From a bacterium (GTDB lineage Bacteria > Electryoneota > JAOADG01), in contig OY820579.1 in NCBI GenBank assembly GCA_963681965.1, positions 3,968,001 to 4,032,000 on the forward strand: a stretch of DNA of 64,000 nucleotides. Reading direction: 5' to 3'. Under the pieces are notes generated by a model. That model did not search any database. It saw only the letters and a list, made by a program, of their open reading frames with translations, and had not been told where the DNA came from. Below are positions 48,786 through 58,731 of the stretch, piece after piece (position 1 is the first letter of the stretch; every line of letters begins with the position of its first letter). Made by a program: the position numbers and the translations under genes.

Positions 48786-50003
48786 GTGAACTCACAAGTA
48801 AAACACATCGTCCGTGCCTTCGATCACCGCAATTACCGCCTGTTTTGGGCAGGTCAATCGGTTTCGTTAATCGGTACATGGATGCAGTCATTAGCACAAG
48901 GATGGCTGGTTTGGCGTCTTTCGCATGACGCTTTTCTACTTGGTGTTGTCGGAGCGGTATCGCAAATTCCATCCCTGCTGTTCGGATCGATCGGAGGTGT
49001 CATTGTCGATCGAACCGTAAAGCGAAAAGTCCTCTTCATCACTCAAGCCGGGATGGCGCTATCCGCACTTCTGCTCGCAATCGTAACCTACACGAACATT
49101 GTCACCGTCGAGTATGTACTCATCATTGCCACGATTTCCGGTATTTTCGGGGCAATCGACGCACCGGCGCGGCAGGCATTTATTCACGATCTGGTTGGCA
49201 GAGACGATCTCGGAAACGCGGTAGCACTGAATGCAACAACGTTCAATGGCGCAAGGTTAATCGGACCGTCGATTGCCGGACTGATGGTGCCGATCATCGG
49301 TGAAGCCGGTTGTTTTACATTCAACGCACTTTCGTACTGCGCTTTGATCGTCACTTTAACGATGATGACCAACCTCCCGGAGCCAATTACAACCCAACGA
49401 AAACCGATCGGACATGAGTGGAAAGAAGCATTCTCATATATCCGAAAAACACCCTTGCCGCGCGCACTCATCCTGAACACGATCGTGTATAGCGCTTTCG
49501 GATTCGCGTATACGGTGTTGATGCCGGTGTTTGCCGATAAAATTCTCGATGTCGGCGTTCGCGGGATGGGGATGTTGATGGGTGCAGTCGGTGCCGGAGC
49601 GCTGATTGGCGGCGTATGGATGGCATCGTTTCCAACCGGTTCCAAACGCGGAATGATGGTCATCTTCGGGGCGATGGGATTTGCGATCGGTGCGATTGGA
49701 TTTTCGTTATCGACATATGTGCCACTATCACTTCTTTTGCTGGCGATGATCGGTTTCTCGAGCATCACAATGCTCTCTTCGACCAACACACTCCTGCAAA
49801 TGCATGCGCCGGATCAATTACGCGGGCGCGTCCTTGGCTTTTATACAACCAGCTTTATGGGAACAGCACCGATCGGGAATTTTCTGGTTGGTGTGTTAGC
49901 CGCCAAAATCGGTTCGCAGTGGGCACTCACCAGCATCAGTGTATTCTGTCTGGTGATCGCACTGCAGACTGTAGTAGTGAACAAACACGTTCGTGCCGTT
50001 TAA
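48786..50003 (+). CDS. MFS transporter (DHA3/macrolide-efflux/EntS-like)
   Basis: NYRLFWAGQSVSLIGTWMQ, DAPARQA, ARLIGPSIAG, LRGRV. Confidence 0.88.
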   Translation: MNSQVKHIVRAFDHRNYRLFWAGQSVSLIGTWMQSLAQGWLVWRLSHDAFLLGVVGAVSQIPSLLFGSIGGVIVDRTVKRKVLFITQAGMALSALLLAIVTYTNIVTVEYVLIIATISGIFGAIDAPARQAFIHDLVGRDDLGNAVALNATTFNGARLIGPSIAGLMVPIIGEAGCFTFNALSYCALIVTLTMMTNLPEPITTQRKPIGHEWKEAFSYIRKTPLPRALILNTIVYSAFGFAYTVLMPVFADKILDVGVRGMGMLMGAVGAGALIGGVWMASFPTGSKRGMMVIFGAMGFAIGAIGFSLSTYVPLSLLLLAMIGFSSITMLSSTNTLLQMHAPDQLRGRVLGFYTTSFMGTAPIGNFLVGVLAAKIGSQWALTSISVFCLVIALQTVVVNKHVRAV

Positions 50004-50078
50004 ATAATTCAACGCGCTAAAGTAAAAAACTGGTATACTATTCGTGTACCAGTTTTCTGTTCGAGCCTTCGTATTCTG

Positions 50079-53000
50079 CTATTCACCGATATCGGATTGC
50101 CGGATCGAGCCGTGTTTGTTAATCTCATGCTCCTTCATCAATGCAAAGATTACCGGTGTCACGAGCAGCACGTGGATCGCCGAGGTCAGCAGACCACCCA
50201 CCATCGGTGTTGCAATCGGTTTCATCAAATCGGCACCGGTACCGTGGGACCACATGATCGGGAGCAATCCCAGCATCGAGGTTCCAACCGTCATTAATTT
50301 CGGACGCAACCGCAACACACTTCCGGCTTCGATTGCTTGGTACAAACCAACACGATCGACTGGACCCAGTTTAATCCTTCGATTCAGTGCCTCATGCAAA
50401 TACACCACCATCACCACACCGGTTTCGACGGCAACTCCATAGAGTCCGATGAAACCGACCCAAACAGCAACACTGAAATTGTATCCGAGAAACACCATCA
50501 GCAGCGCACCGCCCGTCAGCGAAAACGGAACGGACAACATCACCAATCCGGCTTCGGAAAAGCTCTTGAAGGTCAAGTACAACAGCAGGAAGATCGTAAT
50601 AAAGACGATCGGCATGATGATCAACAAGCGGTGTTTGGCGCGTACCTGATGTTCCCACTGTCCCGACCATTCCAGATAATAACCGGGAGGTAATTTCAAA
50701 TCGCGATCCAATACTGATTTTGCTTCGTTGACAAACCCGCCCAAATCGCGGTTGCGAACATTCAAGTAGACGATGCTCCGCAAATAGGAATTTTCCGAAG
50801 CAATCATTGGTGCACCACTACGCAAATTAATTGCAGCAAGCTGAGATAACGGGATTTGCGCACCACTCATCGTCGTAATCACGATATCGCGCAAAGCTTC
50901 CGGCGAATCCCGCAGATCGTGTTGATACCGTACCTGCACGCCATAGCGCTCGCGCCCTTCGACGGTTTCGGTAACGACCATTCCTCCAGTTGCCGCTTCG
51001 ACGGTTTTCAGAACCTCTTCCATCGACAGACCGTAGCGCGCAATTGCTTCACGATCCGGTTTGACATCGAGGTAATTGCCGCCAATTACCCGTTCGGCGA
51101 ACACATCTGCCGAACCGGGAACCTTCTTCAGCAGTTGTTCGGCTTGAATGGCGAGTCGTTCCAATTCCACCAAATCGTTACCCATGATCTTGACACCGAG
51201 ATCGGTCCGGACACCCGTTGCAAGCATGTTGATCCGGTTGATGATCGGTTGCGTCCAACCATTCGAAACGCCGGGTATCTGCAATTTCGCATCCAACTCC
51301 GAAATGATATCGTCGCGAGTGATCCCTTTTCGCCATTGGGTGTGGGGCTTCAGAAGAATGATTGTTTCAATCATACTGACCGGCGCCGGATCGGTCGCAG
51401 TTTCTGCACGCCCTACTTTCCCCAGCACCAGCGATACTTCAGGGTGCGCTGCGATGATTTTATCCTGAACCTGTAGAATTCGTTTCGCCTCAATGATCGA
51501 CACATTCGGCAAAGTAGTCGGCATGAACAGCAGGCTCCCCTCATCCAATGCCGGCATAAATTCGCTGCCAATACGGGTCATTAACAGAATAGTAATCACT
51601 AGTACAGCGATATTGATCAGTAACGTTGTCCATTTGTACTTCAGTGCCAATTGCAGAATCGGTCGGTACATCCGGTTCAACCAGCGCGAGAGAAAATTAT
51701 CGTCTTCGTGCCGCAATTTACCCCGCAGCAATAACGTGCACAGTACCGGTGTGAGGGTGATCGCCAGAATTGCCGATGCCAGCATCGCCAGTGTTTTCGT
51801 CAGTGCCAATGGGAAAAACAGTTTCCCCTCCTGCCCTTCCAACATGAAGACCGGGAGGAACGAGAGCACGATAATCGCCAACGAGAAAAAGATCGGTCGC
51901 CCGACAGTACGACACGCAGAGAGGACCGTTACTAAAATATTTTTGCGGTCATCGTCGGTTCCCTCGGATAGCCGCCGGTAAGCGTTTTCGACAACGATGA
52001 TGCCGGCATCGACCATCACCCCGATGGCAATCGCGATTCCCGAAAGCGACATTAAATTCGACGTTACCCGCGCATAGTACATCCCGATGAATGCGGCAAA
52101 AATGCTAAGCGGAAGTGCAATGACGACGACAACCGCGCTTCGGAAATGAAACAGGAACATCAACACGATAATCGAGACAATAATCGTTTCTTCGAAGAGC
52201 GATTGACGTAAGGTATTCAATGCATTCTCGATCAACTCACTGCGATCGTAAGCCATCTCGGTGTGAACGCCTTGCGGTAATCCTGTTTTTAGAGTTTCTA
52301 ATCGTTCCTTTACGCGATCGATCACATCCTTCGCATTGGCTCCGTAGCGCATCACAACAATGCCGCCGACGACTTCGCCGTTGCCATTCTTGTCAAGCAA
52401 TCCGCGCCGTGGCGCGCCACCTAACTGCACCGTTGCAACATCGCCGATATGTACCGGAACCCCATTCGGCGGCGTCATCACAATGGCTTGTTCAAGATCT
52501 CGCGGCGAATCGATGTAACCCAACCCGCGAATCATGTACTCCATCGATGAGCGTTCCATCAGCCCACCGCCGACATCGAGATTGGATTTCTTCACCGCAT
52601 CCATCACCATCATCGTCGAAACGCCGTACAACCGAAGTTTGTTTTGATCGAGCATCACCTGATACTGCTTGACGAAGCCTCCGATACTGGCAACTTCCGC
52701 CACACCATCGACTGCGGATAGTGCCGGTTTCAGATACCAATCCTGCACCGATCGAAGTTTCGCCAAGTCGTAACCGGCACCCTCGACGGTGTACCAATAC
52801 ACGTGTCCGACGCCGGTACCGTCCGGTCCAATCATCGTCATGGCATCGCTTGGCAGTGCATTGCGAAGTTGATTCAACCGTTCCAGAATTCGCGTACGTG
52901 CCCAATAGATGTCGGCATTGTCCTCGAAGATCACATAGATCATCGAGACTCCGAACATCGATTGACCGCGAACCGCCTTCACTTTCGGCATTCCCCGGAA

Positions 53001-53216
53001 TCCCGCTTCCAGTGGATAGGTGATCTGGTTCTCGACCAATTCCGGAGCACGACCCATCCAATCGGTCATCACGATGACTTGATTGTCCGATAGATCCGGT
53101 ATCGCATCGACCGGTGTCTGCTTTAACGCCCAGAATCCCCACAGTGCCAGAAACAATACCGCAATCAGAACGAATACCCGATTATGGAGACTTGCCGCGA
53201 TAATTTTCTCAATCAT
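50079..53216 (-). CDS. cusA: CusA/CzcA-family heavy-metal efflux RND permease
   Basis: DAIPDLSDNQVIV, SLSGIAIAIGVMVDA, GSEFMPALDEG, RLRPKLMT. Confidence 0.9.
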   Translation of the reverse strand: MIEKIIAASLHNRVFVLIAVLFLALWGFWALKQTPVDAIPDLSDNQVIVMTDWMGRAPELVENQITYPLEAGFRGMPKVKAVRGQSMFGVSMIYVIFEDNADIYWARTRILERLNQLRNALPSDAMTMIGPDGTGVGHVYWYTVEGAGYDLAKLRSVQDWYLKPALSAVDGVAEVASIGGFVKQYQVMLDQNKLRLYGVSTMMVMDAVKKSNLDVGGGLMERSSMEYMIRGLGYIDSPRDLEQAIVMTPPNGVPVHIGDVATVQLGGAPRRGLLDKNGNGEVVGGIVVMRYGANAKDVIDRVKERLETLKTGLPQGVHTEMAYDRSELIENALNTLRQSLFEETIIVSIIVLMFLFHFRSAVVVVIALPLSIFAAFIGMYYARVTSNLMSLSGIAIAIGVMVDAGIIVVENAYRRLSEGTDDDRKNILVTVLSACRTVGRPIFFSLAIIVLSFLPVFMLEGQEGKLFFPLALTKTLAMLASAILAITLTPVLCTLLLRGKLRHEDDNFLSRWLNRMYRPILQLALKYKWTTLLINIAVLVITILLMTRIGSEFMPALDEGSLLFMPTTLPNVSIIEAKRILQVQDKIIAAHPEVSLVLGKVGRAETATDPAPVSMIETIILLKPHTQWRKGITRDDIISELDAKLQIPGVSNGWTQPIINRINMLATGVRTDLGVKIMGNDLVELERLAIQAEQLLKKVPGSADVFAERVIGGNYLDVKPDREAIARYGLSMEEVLKTVEAATGGMVVTETVEGRERYGVQVRYQHDLRDSPEALRDIVITTMSGAQIPLSQLAAINLRSGAPMIASENSYLRSIVYLNVRNRDLGGFVNEAKSVLDRDLKLPPGYYLEWSGQWEHQVRAKHRLLIIMPIVFITIFLLLYLTFKSFSEAGLVMLSVPFSLTGGALLMVFLGYNFSVAVWVGFIGLYGVAVETGVVMVVYLHEALNRRIKLGPVDRVGLYQAIEAGSVLRLRPKLMTVGTSMLGLLPIMWSHGTGADLMKPIATPMVGGLLTSAIHVLLVTPVIFALMKEHEINKHGSIRQSDIGE

Positions 53217-53220
53217 CGTG

Positions 53221-54651
53221 TTACTCCTTCAATTCGAGATTCATACCGCATTTCGGACATTTCCCGGGATGATCGCTCACGATCTCGGGATCCATCGGGC
53301 AAGTGTAAATTTCTTTCGCTGGTTTCGCTGCCTCTTTTTGAGTTGTTTTCGCTGGTGTCTTTTCACTCTTCTGATCTGAGGTTTTCGCGGTAGAAGACAC
53401 AGTCGAGGGTGGTGACTGCAACACAGCACTTCCGATGTTTTTCATTTGGGATTCGGCATCGATCAAATATGCACCAGTCACAGCGATTTCGTCATCGGTA
53501 CCGATCCCCGAAATGATCGCTACACGTCCATCGGCACGCGATCCGGTAACAACGATTTTCGGAACGAATTTTCCGTCGCTACTCTTGCACCAGACCCGAT
53601 CCCTGGCACCAGTTTGCAAAACCGCTTCCTCGGGAACCGACAGGTACTCTTGTGTCTTGCCGCTTTTCCACTCGACTTCGACGGACATACCCGGTTTCCA
53701 TTTTAAATCGGAATTGCGCAGTTCCGCACGAACCGGAAGCGTTCGCGACATCATATCCAATTCGACTCCGATCGATTGCACAATCGCAGTGGAAGACTCG
53801 GTATCGTATCGAACTGCTAGTTTATCGCCGCGCTTCACCGCGAAGGCATCGCGTTCCAGAAATGCGGCTTCCACCCATACCGTTTCCAAATCGATAAAAT
53901 CGAGCAGCGTCATATTGCTCATTGTCCACTCGCCGATTTTGCCCATCCGTTCCATCAAGACACCACGCTGTTTTGCACGGAAAGTAAATCGGGTGTGCGG
54001 TTTACCAGATGATTTCAATTCATCGATCTGATCGGCATCCAATCCCATCGCCAGCAATTTCGCTTCGGCTGAAGCGATCACAGTTGCAGAATTCTTACCA
54101 CTAACTGCCGATAAGAATTCCGATTCAATCGAACTCAATTCGGGGCTATACACTGTCACTAGTCGATCGCCCGGTTTTACCACTGTCCCCGGTTCGGTAA
54201 TGAATATGGAATCGATCCGACCCATTGTTCGCAAAGAAAATTTCCATTGCGATTCCTGCTTCGCAGCAATTTTTCCGGTGACACGGGTTGCCGCTTGAAA
54301 CGGCAACAACTCCGGCTTTTCAGTCTTGACATTCGCCAGCACTTCTTGCGATGGCGACAAGTGCACCGCTTCGGCAACCGTTCCCGAATTTTCACCGGTG
54401 GCTACCGACGATTTCTTCACCAATTTCATACCGCAAATCGGACAATCGATCGCATGATCGCTCGTTACCTGAGGATGCATCGGGCAGACATATACTTCGG
54501 CAACTCCTGCAACGTTATCCTCGTGCTTGGTTGCCGGTCGCAGCCAGAGCCAGAGGTTAACTCCGATGCTCAACACTAAAATCAGACCCAGGATCGGCAA
54601 CCACGAATTTTTCGAATTCTTAACTTCAGGATTGTTCAATTGCTCGTTCAT
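53221..54651 (-). CDS. cusB: CusB-like periplasmic adaptor with N- and C-terminal heavy-metal-binding domains
   Basis: ATG 54651 overlaps the TolC stop; YVCPMHP..CPICGM and YTCPMDP..CPKCGM; YSPEL; LIDAES. Confidence 0.85.
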   Translation of the reverse strand: MNEQLNNPEVKNSKNSWLPILGLILVLSIGVNLWLWLRPATKHEDNVAGVAEVYVCPMHPQVTSDHAIDCPICGMKLVKKSSVATGENSGTVAEAVHLSPSQEVLANVKTEKPELLPFQAATRVTGKIAAKQESQWKFSLRTMGRIDSIFITEPGTVVKPGDRLVTVYSPELSSIESEFLSAVSGKNSATVIASAEAKLLAMGLDADQIDELKSSGKPHTRFTFRAKQRGVLMERMGKIGEWTMSNMTLLDFIDLETVWVEAAFLERDAFAVKRGDKLAVRYDTESSTAIVQSIGVELDMMSRTLPVRAELRNSDLKWKPGMSVEVEWKSGKTQEYLSVPEEAVLQTGARDRVWCKSSDGKFVPKIVVTGSRADGRVAIISGIGTDDEIAVTGAYLIDAESQMKNIGSAVLQSPPSTVSSTAKTSDQKSEKTPAKTTQKEAAKPAKEIYTCPMDPEIVSDHPGKCPKCGMNLELKE

Positions 54652-55964
54652 GGTTCGATCCTTCCCTGTAAATTGCCGGTTCTTGCCCAGCATTCCGCCA
54701 TCGACATCCGTTCTTCCATCTTCGCCATGATCAATTTCATCATCGCTTCCGATACCGCCATCAGTGGCACACGACCGCTGCGATATCCTGCCAGCGACGC
54801 AGTCCACGCTTGTTCGCGCGCCGGAATAATTTCCGTTTGATACCGGTGGATCGACATCCGCAAGCGTTCGATTTCCGCCTGTTCGGAGCGCACCATTTTT
54901 TCGAACTCGCGTTCCGCCGTGGCAAGCTTCTGCCGGTTCGACTCCAGCATCGCCCGTTCTTCGCCGATCATCGCTTTCTGATTGCTGTTCGCAAACAACG
55001 GGATCGGAAAGGTGACACCGAGCGATAACATCGGATCCTGATAGATAGTTTCATCCATCGACGATTTGACTCCATTGTGATCGACCGAGGTTGTGGTCAT
55101 TTTCAACGGTAGTCGATAGCCATAGATAAACATCAAATCGAGATCGGGATACCAGTTGTGTTGCGCCAATTGCAATGAACTCTGCGACACCTTCAGTTGT
55201 TGTCGAGCTGCGACCAGTTTCGGGGTGTTATCGCGATCGCCCGAACTGATTGCAGCATCACTCGACTCTGACGGTAACTGCAACGGCAATGAGGAAACCG
55301 CAAGTGAATCAGTCTCGCTGTTCCCGATCAATTGTCGCAATTCGGCTCTCCGTTTGGCAATCAGCGCTTCGTTTTCATCGCATTTCCGTTGCCAGTCCGC
55401 AGTCTCGGCTTCGACGTTGTAAATATCCGCCGCACTCCCCATTCCGGAAGAATTCATGGCAAGAGCCGCATCTTTCATCAACCGCAACAGAGTGACTCCG
55501 GAATCCAGTAATCCCACCATCGATTTTGTGGCAGCTAAATCGTAGTACGCCATCCGTACCATTGCTTCCATCTCGCGGGTTTCGACTTCCAATTCGGCAA
55601 CGATTGCATCAGCCTTGGCATCACCCAGCTTGCGCTGTAATCCCGTTTTTCCCGGAAATGGGATGCGCTGCATCAAACCGAATTGAATCATCGTCATCGG
55701 ATCGGCATCCAGTTTCAATTTCGGGTACGGGACATTCATCGCACCGACAGAAAACATCGGATTCATCCAACCGGAGTTCATCGCAGTACGGTTTTTTTGC
55801 GCGGCAATCATTGCCCGCATCGATTTTAAATCGGGGTAATTCGCACGCATGGTGGAAATCGCTTTACTTAGATTCGCATCGTCATCTCGCGCGAATGAAA
55901 TTCCCGGAAGCAATACCACATTTATTAAGAAACCAATGAATAAAATTCGAACAGTAGTTCGCAT
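54648..55964 (-). CDS. TolC-family outer-membrane factor (CusC-like)
   Basis: Signal peptide, Met-rich, QRIPFPGK, YPDLDL, PIPLF; first structural gene of the RND operon. Confidence 0.82.
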   Translation of the reverse strand: MRTTVRILFIGFLINVVLLPGISFARDDDANLSKAISTMRANYPDLKSMRAMIAAQKNRTAMNSGWMNPMFSVGAMNVPYPKLKLDADPMTMIQFGLMQRIPFPGKTGLQRKLGDAKADAIVAELEVETREMEAMVRMAYYDLAATKSMVGLLDSGVTLLRLMKDAALAMNSSGMGSAADIYNVEAETADWQRKCDENEALIAKRRAELRQLIGNSETDSLAVSSLPLQLPSESSDAAISSGDRDNTPKLVAARQQLKVSQSSLQLAQHNWYPDLDLMFIYGYRLPLKMTTTSVDHNGVKSSMDETIYQDPMLSLGVTFPIPLFANSNQKAMIGEERAMLESNRQKLATAEREFEKMVRSEQAEIERLRMSIHRYQTEIIPAREQAWTASLAGYRSGRVPLMAVSEAMMKLIMAKMEERMSMAECWARTGNLQGRIEP

Positions 55965-56035
55965 GGGTCACTCCAATCAATACCTTGATCGACTACAGAG
56001 TAAATTCTGCAATCACAAACAGATGGAGTTTATTA

Positions 56036-56473
56036 TCAGGAAAGTAAAGGTAGAGTACGGGCGTGTGAAGATGGAGGTGCCAGTTGATCGAGTACTTGCC
56101 AATCAACGAAAAGCGCATTCTGATCGATCGGATTGGCGAATTCGATCATTTCCCAAACGATTGCAGTCAGGCTGGGAGGATCGAGTTGGAAACCGGAGTC
56201 GACAATCCCCTGATTGATGCGCTCACTGGTGTGTTGGCATTGGATTGGGGATTTGTTGCTCTCTTTCGGTACTGGCGGTGGAGCCGGCGATTCATCTTCC
56301 GCTTGACAGGCACAGCAAGTCCGCTTGGGGGTTTCGATAGATGTATTCGGTGTGGAAGTCGCGCTCGTTTCCATCATCTCCCGTGGACAGAGACAGGGAA
56401 TCACTGCTCCCGTCACCAACCAAAAGAGGGTGGTGATCAGAAAAAGCAGATTAGCGAAGCGAGTTCGGCGCAT
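56036..56473 (-). CDS. Small Cys-rich hypothetical protein upstream of the efflux operon
   Basis: Hydrophobic N-terminus, CLC and CCAC motifs, C-terminal APP. Confidence 0.55.
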   Translation of the reverse strand: MRRTRFANLLFLITTLFWLVTGAVIPCLCPREMMETSATSTPNTSIETPKRTCCACQAEDESPAPPPVPKESNKSPIQCQHTSERINQGIVDSGFQLDPPSLTAIVWEMIEFANPIDQNALFVDWQVLDQLAPPSSHARTLPLLS

Positions 56474-56575
56474 TTCTTCCTAACAAAGTTATCTATTTAA
56501 AAGTACGAGAATAAAGATCAAAACAAGATAATATCCAAAATTAGACCCAGTTTGATCATCATCAAAAAAAAATGA

Positions 56576-56674
56576 TTATTTCATGTTTTTCAAGAAGATA
56601 ACCATACAATAACTGGTCATTCCGAGGATGATGCCCCAACTGATCACCATCATGACCCATCCACCAACTGTCAT
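56576..56674 (-). CDS. 32-aa single-TM protein, MetS-like small subunit of an NSS transporter
   Basis: GGAGG RBS; MTVGGWVMMVISWGIILGMTSYCMVIFLKNMK directly after the NSS gene. Confidence 0.7.
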   Translation of the reverse strand: MTVGGWVMMVISWGIILGMTSYCMVIFLKNMK

Positions 56675-56688
56675 GTTAGTTCCTCCAA

Positions 56689-58263
56689 TTAACTCGGATC
56701 GGTTTCGTCGTCGAGCTTCTTGATATTTCCGTAATGCTTGCCTGCGAAATAGATCGCGATCAACAATGCAACACCTAATAGAATCATTCCCGCGCGGGTA
56801 TATAGCGTTGCCCACCAGACTTTCGGATCGGTGATCGCCGACATGGTGATCATCGGGATATTTTTCCGCGCCCAAAGCACGAGCATGATCAATAGGTAGA
56901 TCGGAGTGACATATTTAATGATGTATTCGAAAATCTTCGGGATCTTAATCAGACTCCCGCGATTCAATTCCTCGAGACCTTGTCGTGCCCCGAAAACCCA
57001 ACCGAAGATCCAGATCATCACCAACCCGCTGACGACGGGTAGGAAAGTACCGCCCCAGAAATCGAGTTCATCCAGCGTACCCAACGCCAAAGTTGTTTTC
57101 ACTCCCAGTGCTACGGCTAGCGTTACACCACCGACCAACAGTGTTGCTTTCTGACGGGTCAAGTTCAATTCGTCCTGCAAGAATGTCAGGATCGGCTGGA
57201 TCAGCGACACGGACGAAGTCAATCCGGCAAGGAAGAGGAGGAAGAACCACGAAAAACCAATCAGCGGGCTAAGCGGTAGCTTGTTGAAGATCAACGGCAT
57301 CGTCACGAAACCAAGATTGAATGATCCACTCTGCGCCACTTCCTGTGCGCCGACAGCGCCGAGAAAGATGAAGGCTGCGGGAATAATGATCGAGCCGCCC
57401 AACACGACTTCAGCGAGTTCATTCGTCGCCGAAGACGAGAGCGCAGAATGCGCAACATCGTCGTTCTTTTTCAGATAGCTGGAATATGCGAGAATTGCTC
57501 CCATCCCTACCGAGAGTGTGAAAAAGATTTGACCGGCAGCGGCAATCCAGACATCGACATTTGCCAGTTTACTAAAATCGGGGTTCCAAAGAAATCCCAA
57601 TCCATTCACCACATTTTGATCGGGCAGTGACGGATTCGGCGTACCGAGCGACAATACCCGGACGGTGAGGAAAATTGCCAATACGAGTAACAGCGGCATA
57701 CAGATTTTATTCAATCGTTCGATACCGGCGACAATTCCCCGCGAGACAATCCAGTAATTGATTAAAAATGCGACCAGAAAGAAGATGAGTGACCATGGAA
57801 TGCTACCCAATTGGCGGGTAGGATTGATCCCTTGGAATTCCAGAAGCACATCTTTCATGTCGGAGGGATTGGTAATGTTGTTCAACCACCCCAGTAGACT
57901 GAATCCGGAATAGGCAAGACACCACGATTCGATAATCAGATAGTAGAAGTTGATAACCAGCGGTACGAACAATCCGAAGATACCGAGGTATTTCGCCCAA
58001 CTGGAGCGCGATACGACATAAAACACACCTGGTGCGGAACCGCGACCGTATTGTCCGCCGTAGCGACCAAGGGTCCATTCAGCAAAGGCGATCGGTATCC
58101 CCAAAAATAAGAAGGCGATAAAGTAGGGGATCATGAATGCCCCCCCGCCATTGGCAACTACTTGTGTCGGGAATCGTAAGAAATTCCCGAGACCGACCGC
58201 ACTTCCCGCCACAGCGAGGATGATGCCGATGCGACTACCCCAATTTTCTCTTGAACCAGCCAT
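56689..58263 (-). CDS. Sodium-dependent transporter, NSS/SNF family
   Basis: RENWGSR, AGSAVGLGNFLRFP, NGGGAFMIPY, GQIFFTLSVG; alternative start GTG 58269. Confidence 0.92.
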   Translation of the reverse strand: MAGSRENWGSRIGIILAVAGSAVGLGNFLRFPTQVVANGGGAFMIPYFIAFLFLGIPIAFAEWTLGRYGGQYGRGSAPGVFYVVSRSSWAKYLGIFGLFVPLVINFYYLIIESWCLAYSGFSLLGWLNNITNPSDMKDVLLEFQGINPTRQLGSIPWSLIFFLVAFLINYWIVSRGIVAGIERLNKICMPLLLVLAIFLTVRVLSLGTPNPSLPDQNVVNGLGFLWNPDFSKLANVDVWIAAAGQIFFTLSVGMGAILAYSSYLKKNDDVAHSALSSSATNELAEVVLGGSIIIPAAFIFLGAVGAQEVAQSGSFNLGFVTMPLIFNKLPLSPLIGFSWFFLLFLAGLTSSVSLIQPILTFLQDELNLTRQKATLLVGGVTLAVALGVKTTLALGTLDELDFWGGTFLPVVSGLVMIWIFGWVFGARQGLEELNRGSLIKIPKIFEYIIKYVTPIYLLIMLVLWARKNIPMITMSAITDPKVWWATLYTRAGMILLGVALLIAIYFAGKHYGNIKKLDDETDPS

Positions 58264-58299
58264 AGTCACCTTTTCTTATCTGTTGTAGTTGAATGGAGG

Positions 58300-58328
58300 A
58301 GTTTAGCACGATCTGTGATTTGAATCAA
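58300..58328 (-). promoter_or_regulatory. Putative sigma70 promoter of the NSS gene
   Basis: Minus strand TTGATT-17 bp-TAAACT with a TG extended -10. The -35 overlaps an FNR-like TTGAT-N4-ATCAC. Confidence 0.45.
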
Positions 58329-58470
58329 GTCATTTGGTTGCCAATTGGTTATTTTTTCGCTTGAATGACAAAATAAGACTCGCTGAAATAGTGGATCTGA
58401 AAGAATCGTGTCGAGTGAACTGATATCCTATTTATCGAACACGTTACAGATTAATTAGCGACGATAATAT

Positions 58471-58574
58471 CTCTTGAAAATAAGTTGTTATCGGTAGTAG
58501 TAGGGGCGGCTCCCCGCGGCCGCCCGCAGATCAAGAGAAGCCTGACACCAAATCATGACAAATTATTTTCAAGA
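58471..58574. repeat. TIR-bounded, REP-containing dispersed element, copy C (inverted)
   Basis: Perfect 12-bp TIR TCTTGAAAATAA/TTATTTTCAAGA; GTAGGGGCGGC...GCCGCCC hairpin. Confidence 0.82.
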
Positions 58575-58640
58575 ATCACAATTTTGCATTCCTGTTTAGT
58601 AGAAAATAACGTGAAATCCGCTAACTCCATTCCGATAAAG

Positions 58641-58670
58641 AAAAATTGGGGCGTTCTGATACGCCCCAAT
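58641..58670 (-). terminator. Intrinsic terminator of the YCF48-like gene
   Basis: ATTGGGGCGT-6nt-ACGCCCCAAT followed by a T-run on the minus strand. Confidence 0.75.
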
Positions 58671-58731
58671 CCAATTCCAAAGTCACAATTAATTTCTCAT
58701 TGACTAAGCACGACGCATAGAGCTCCATTTG

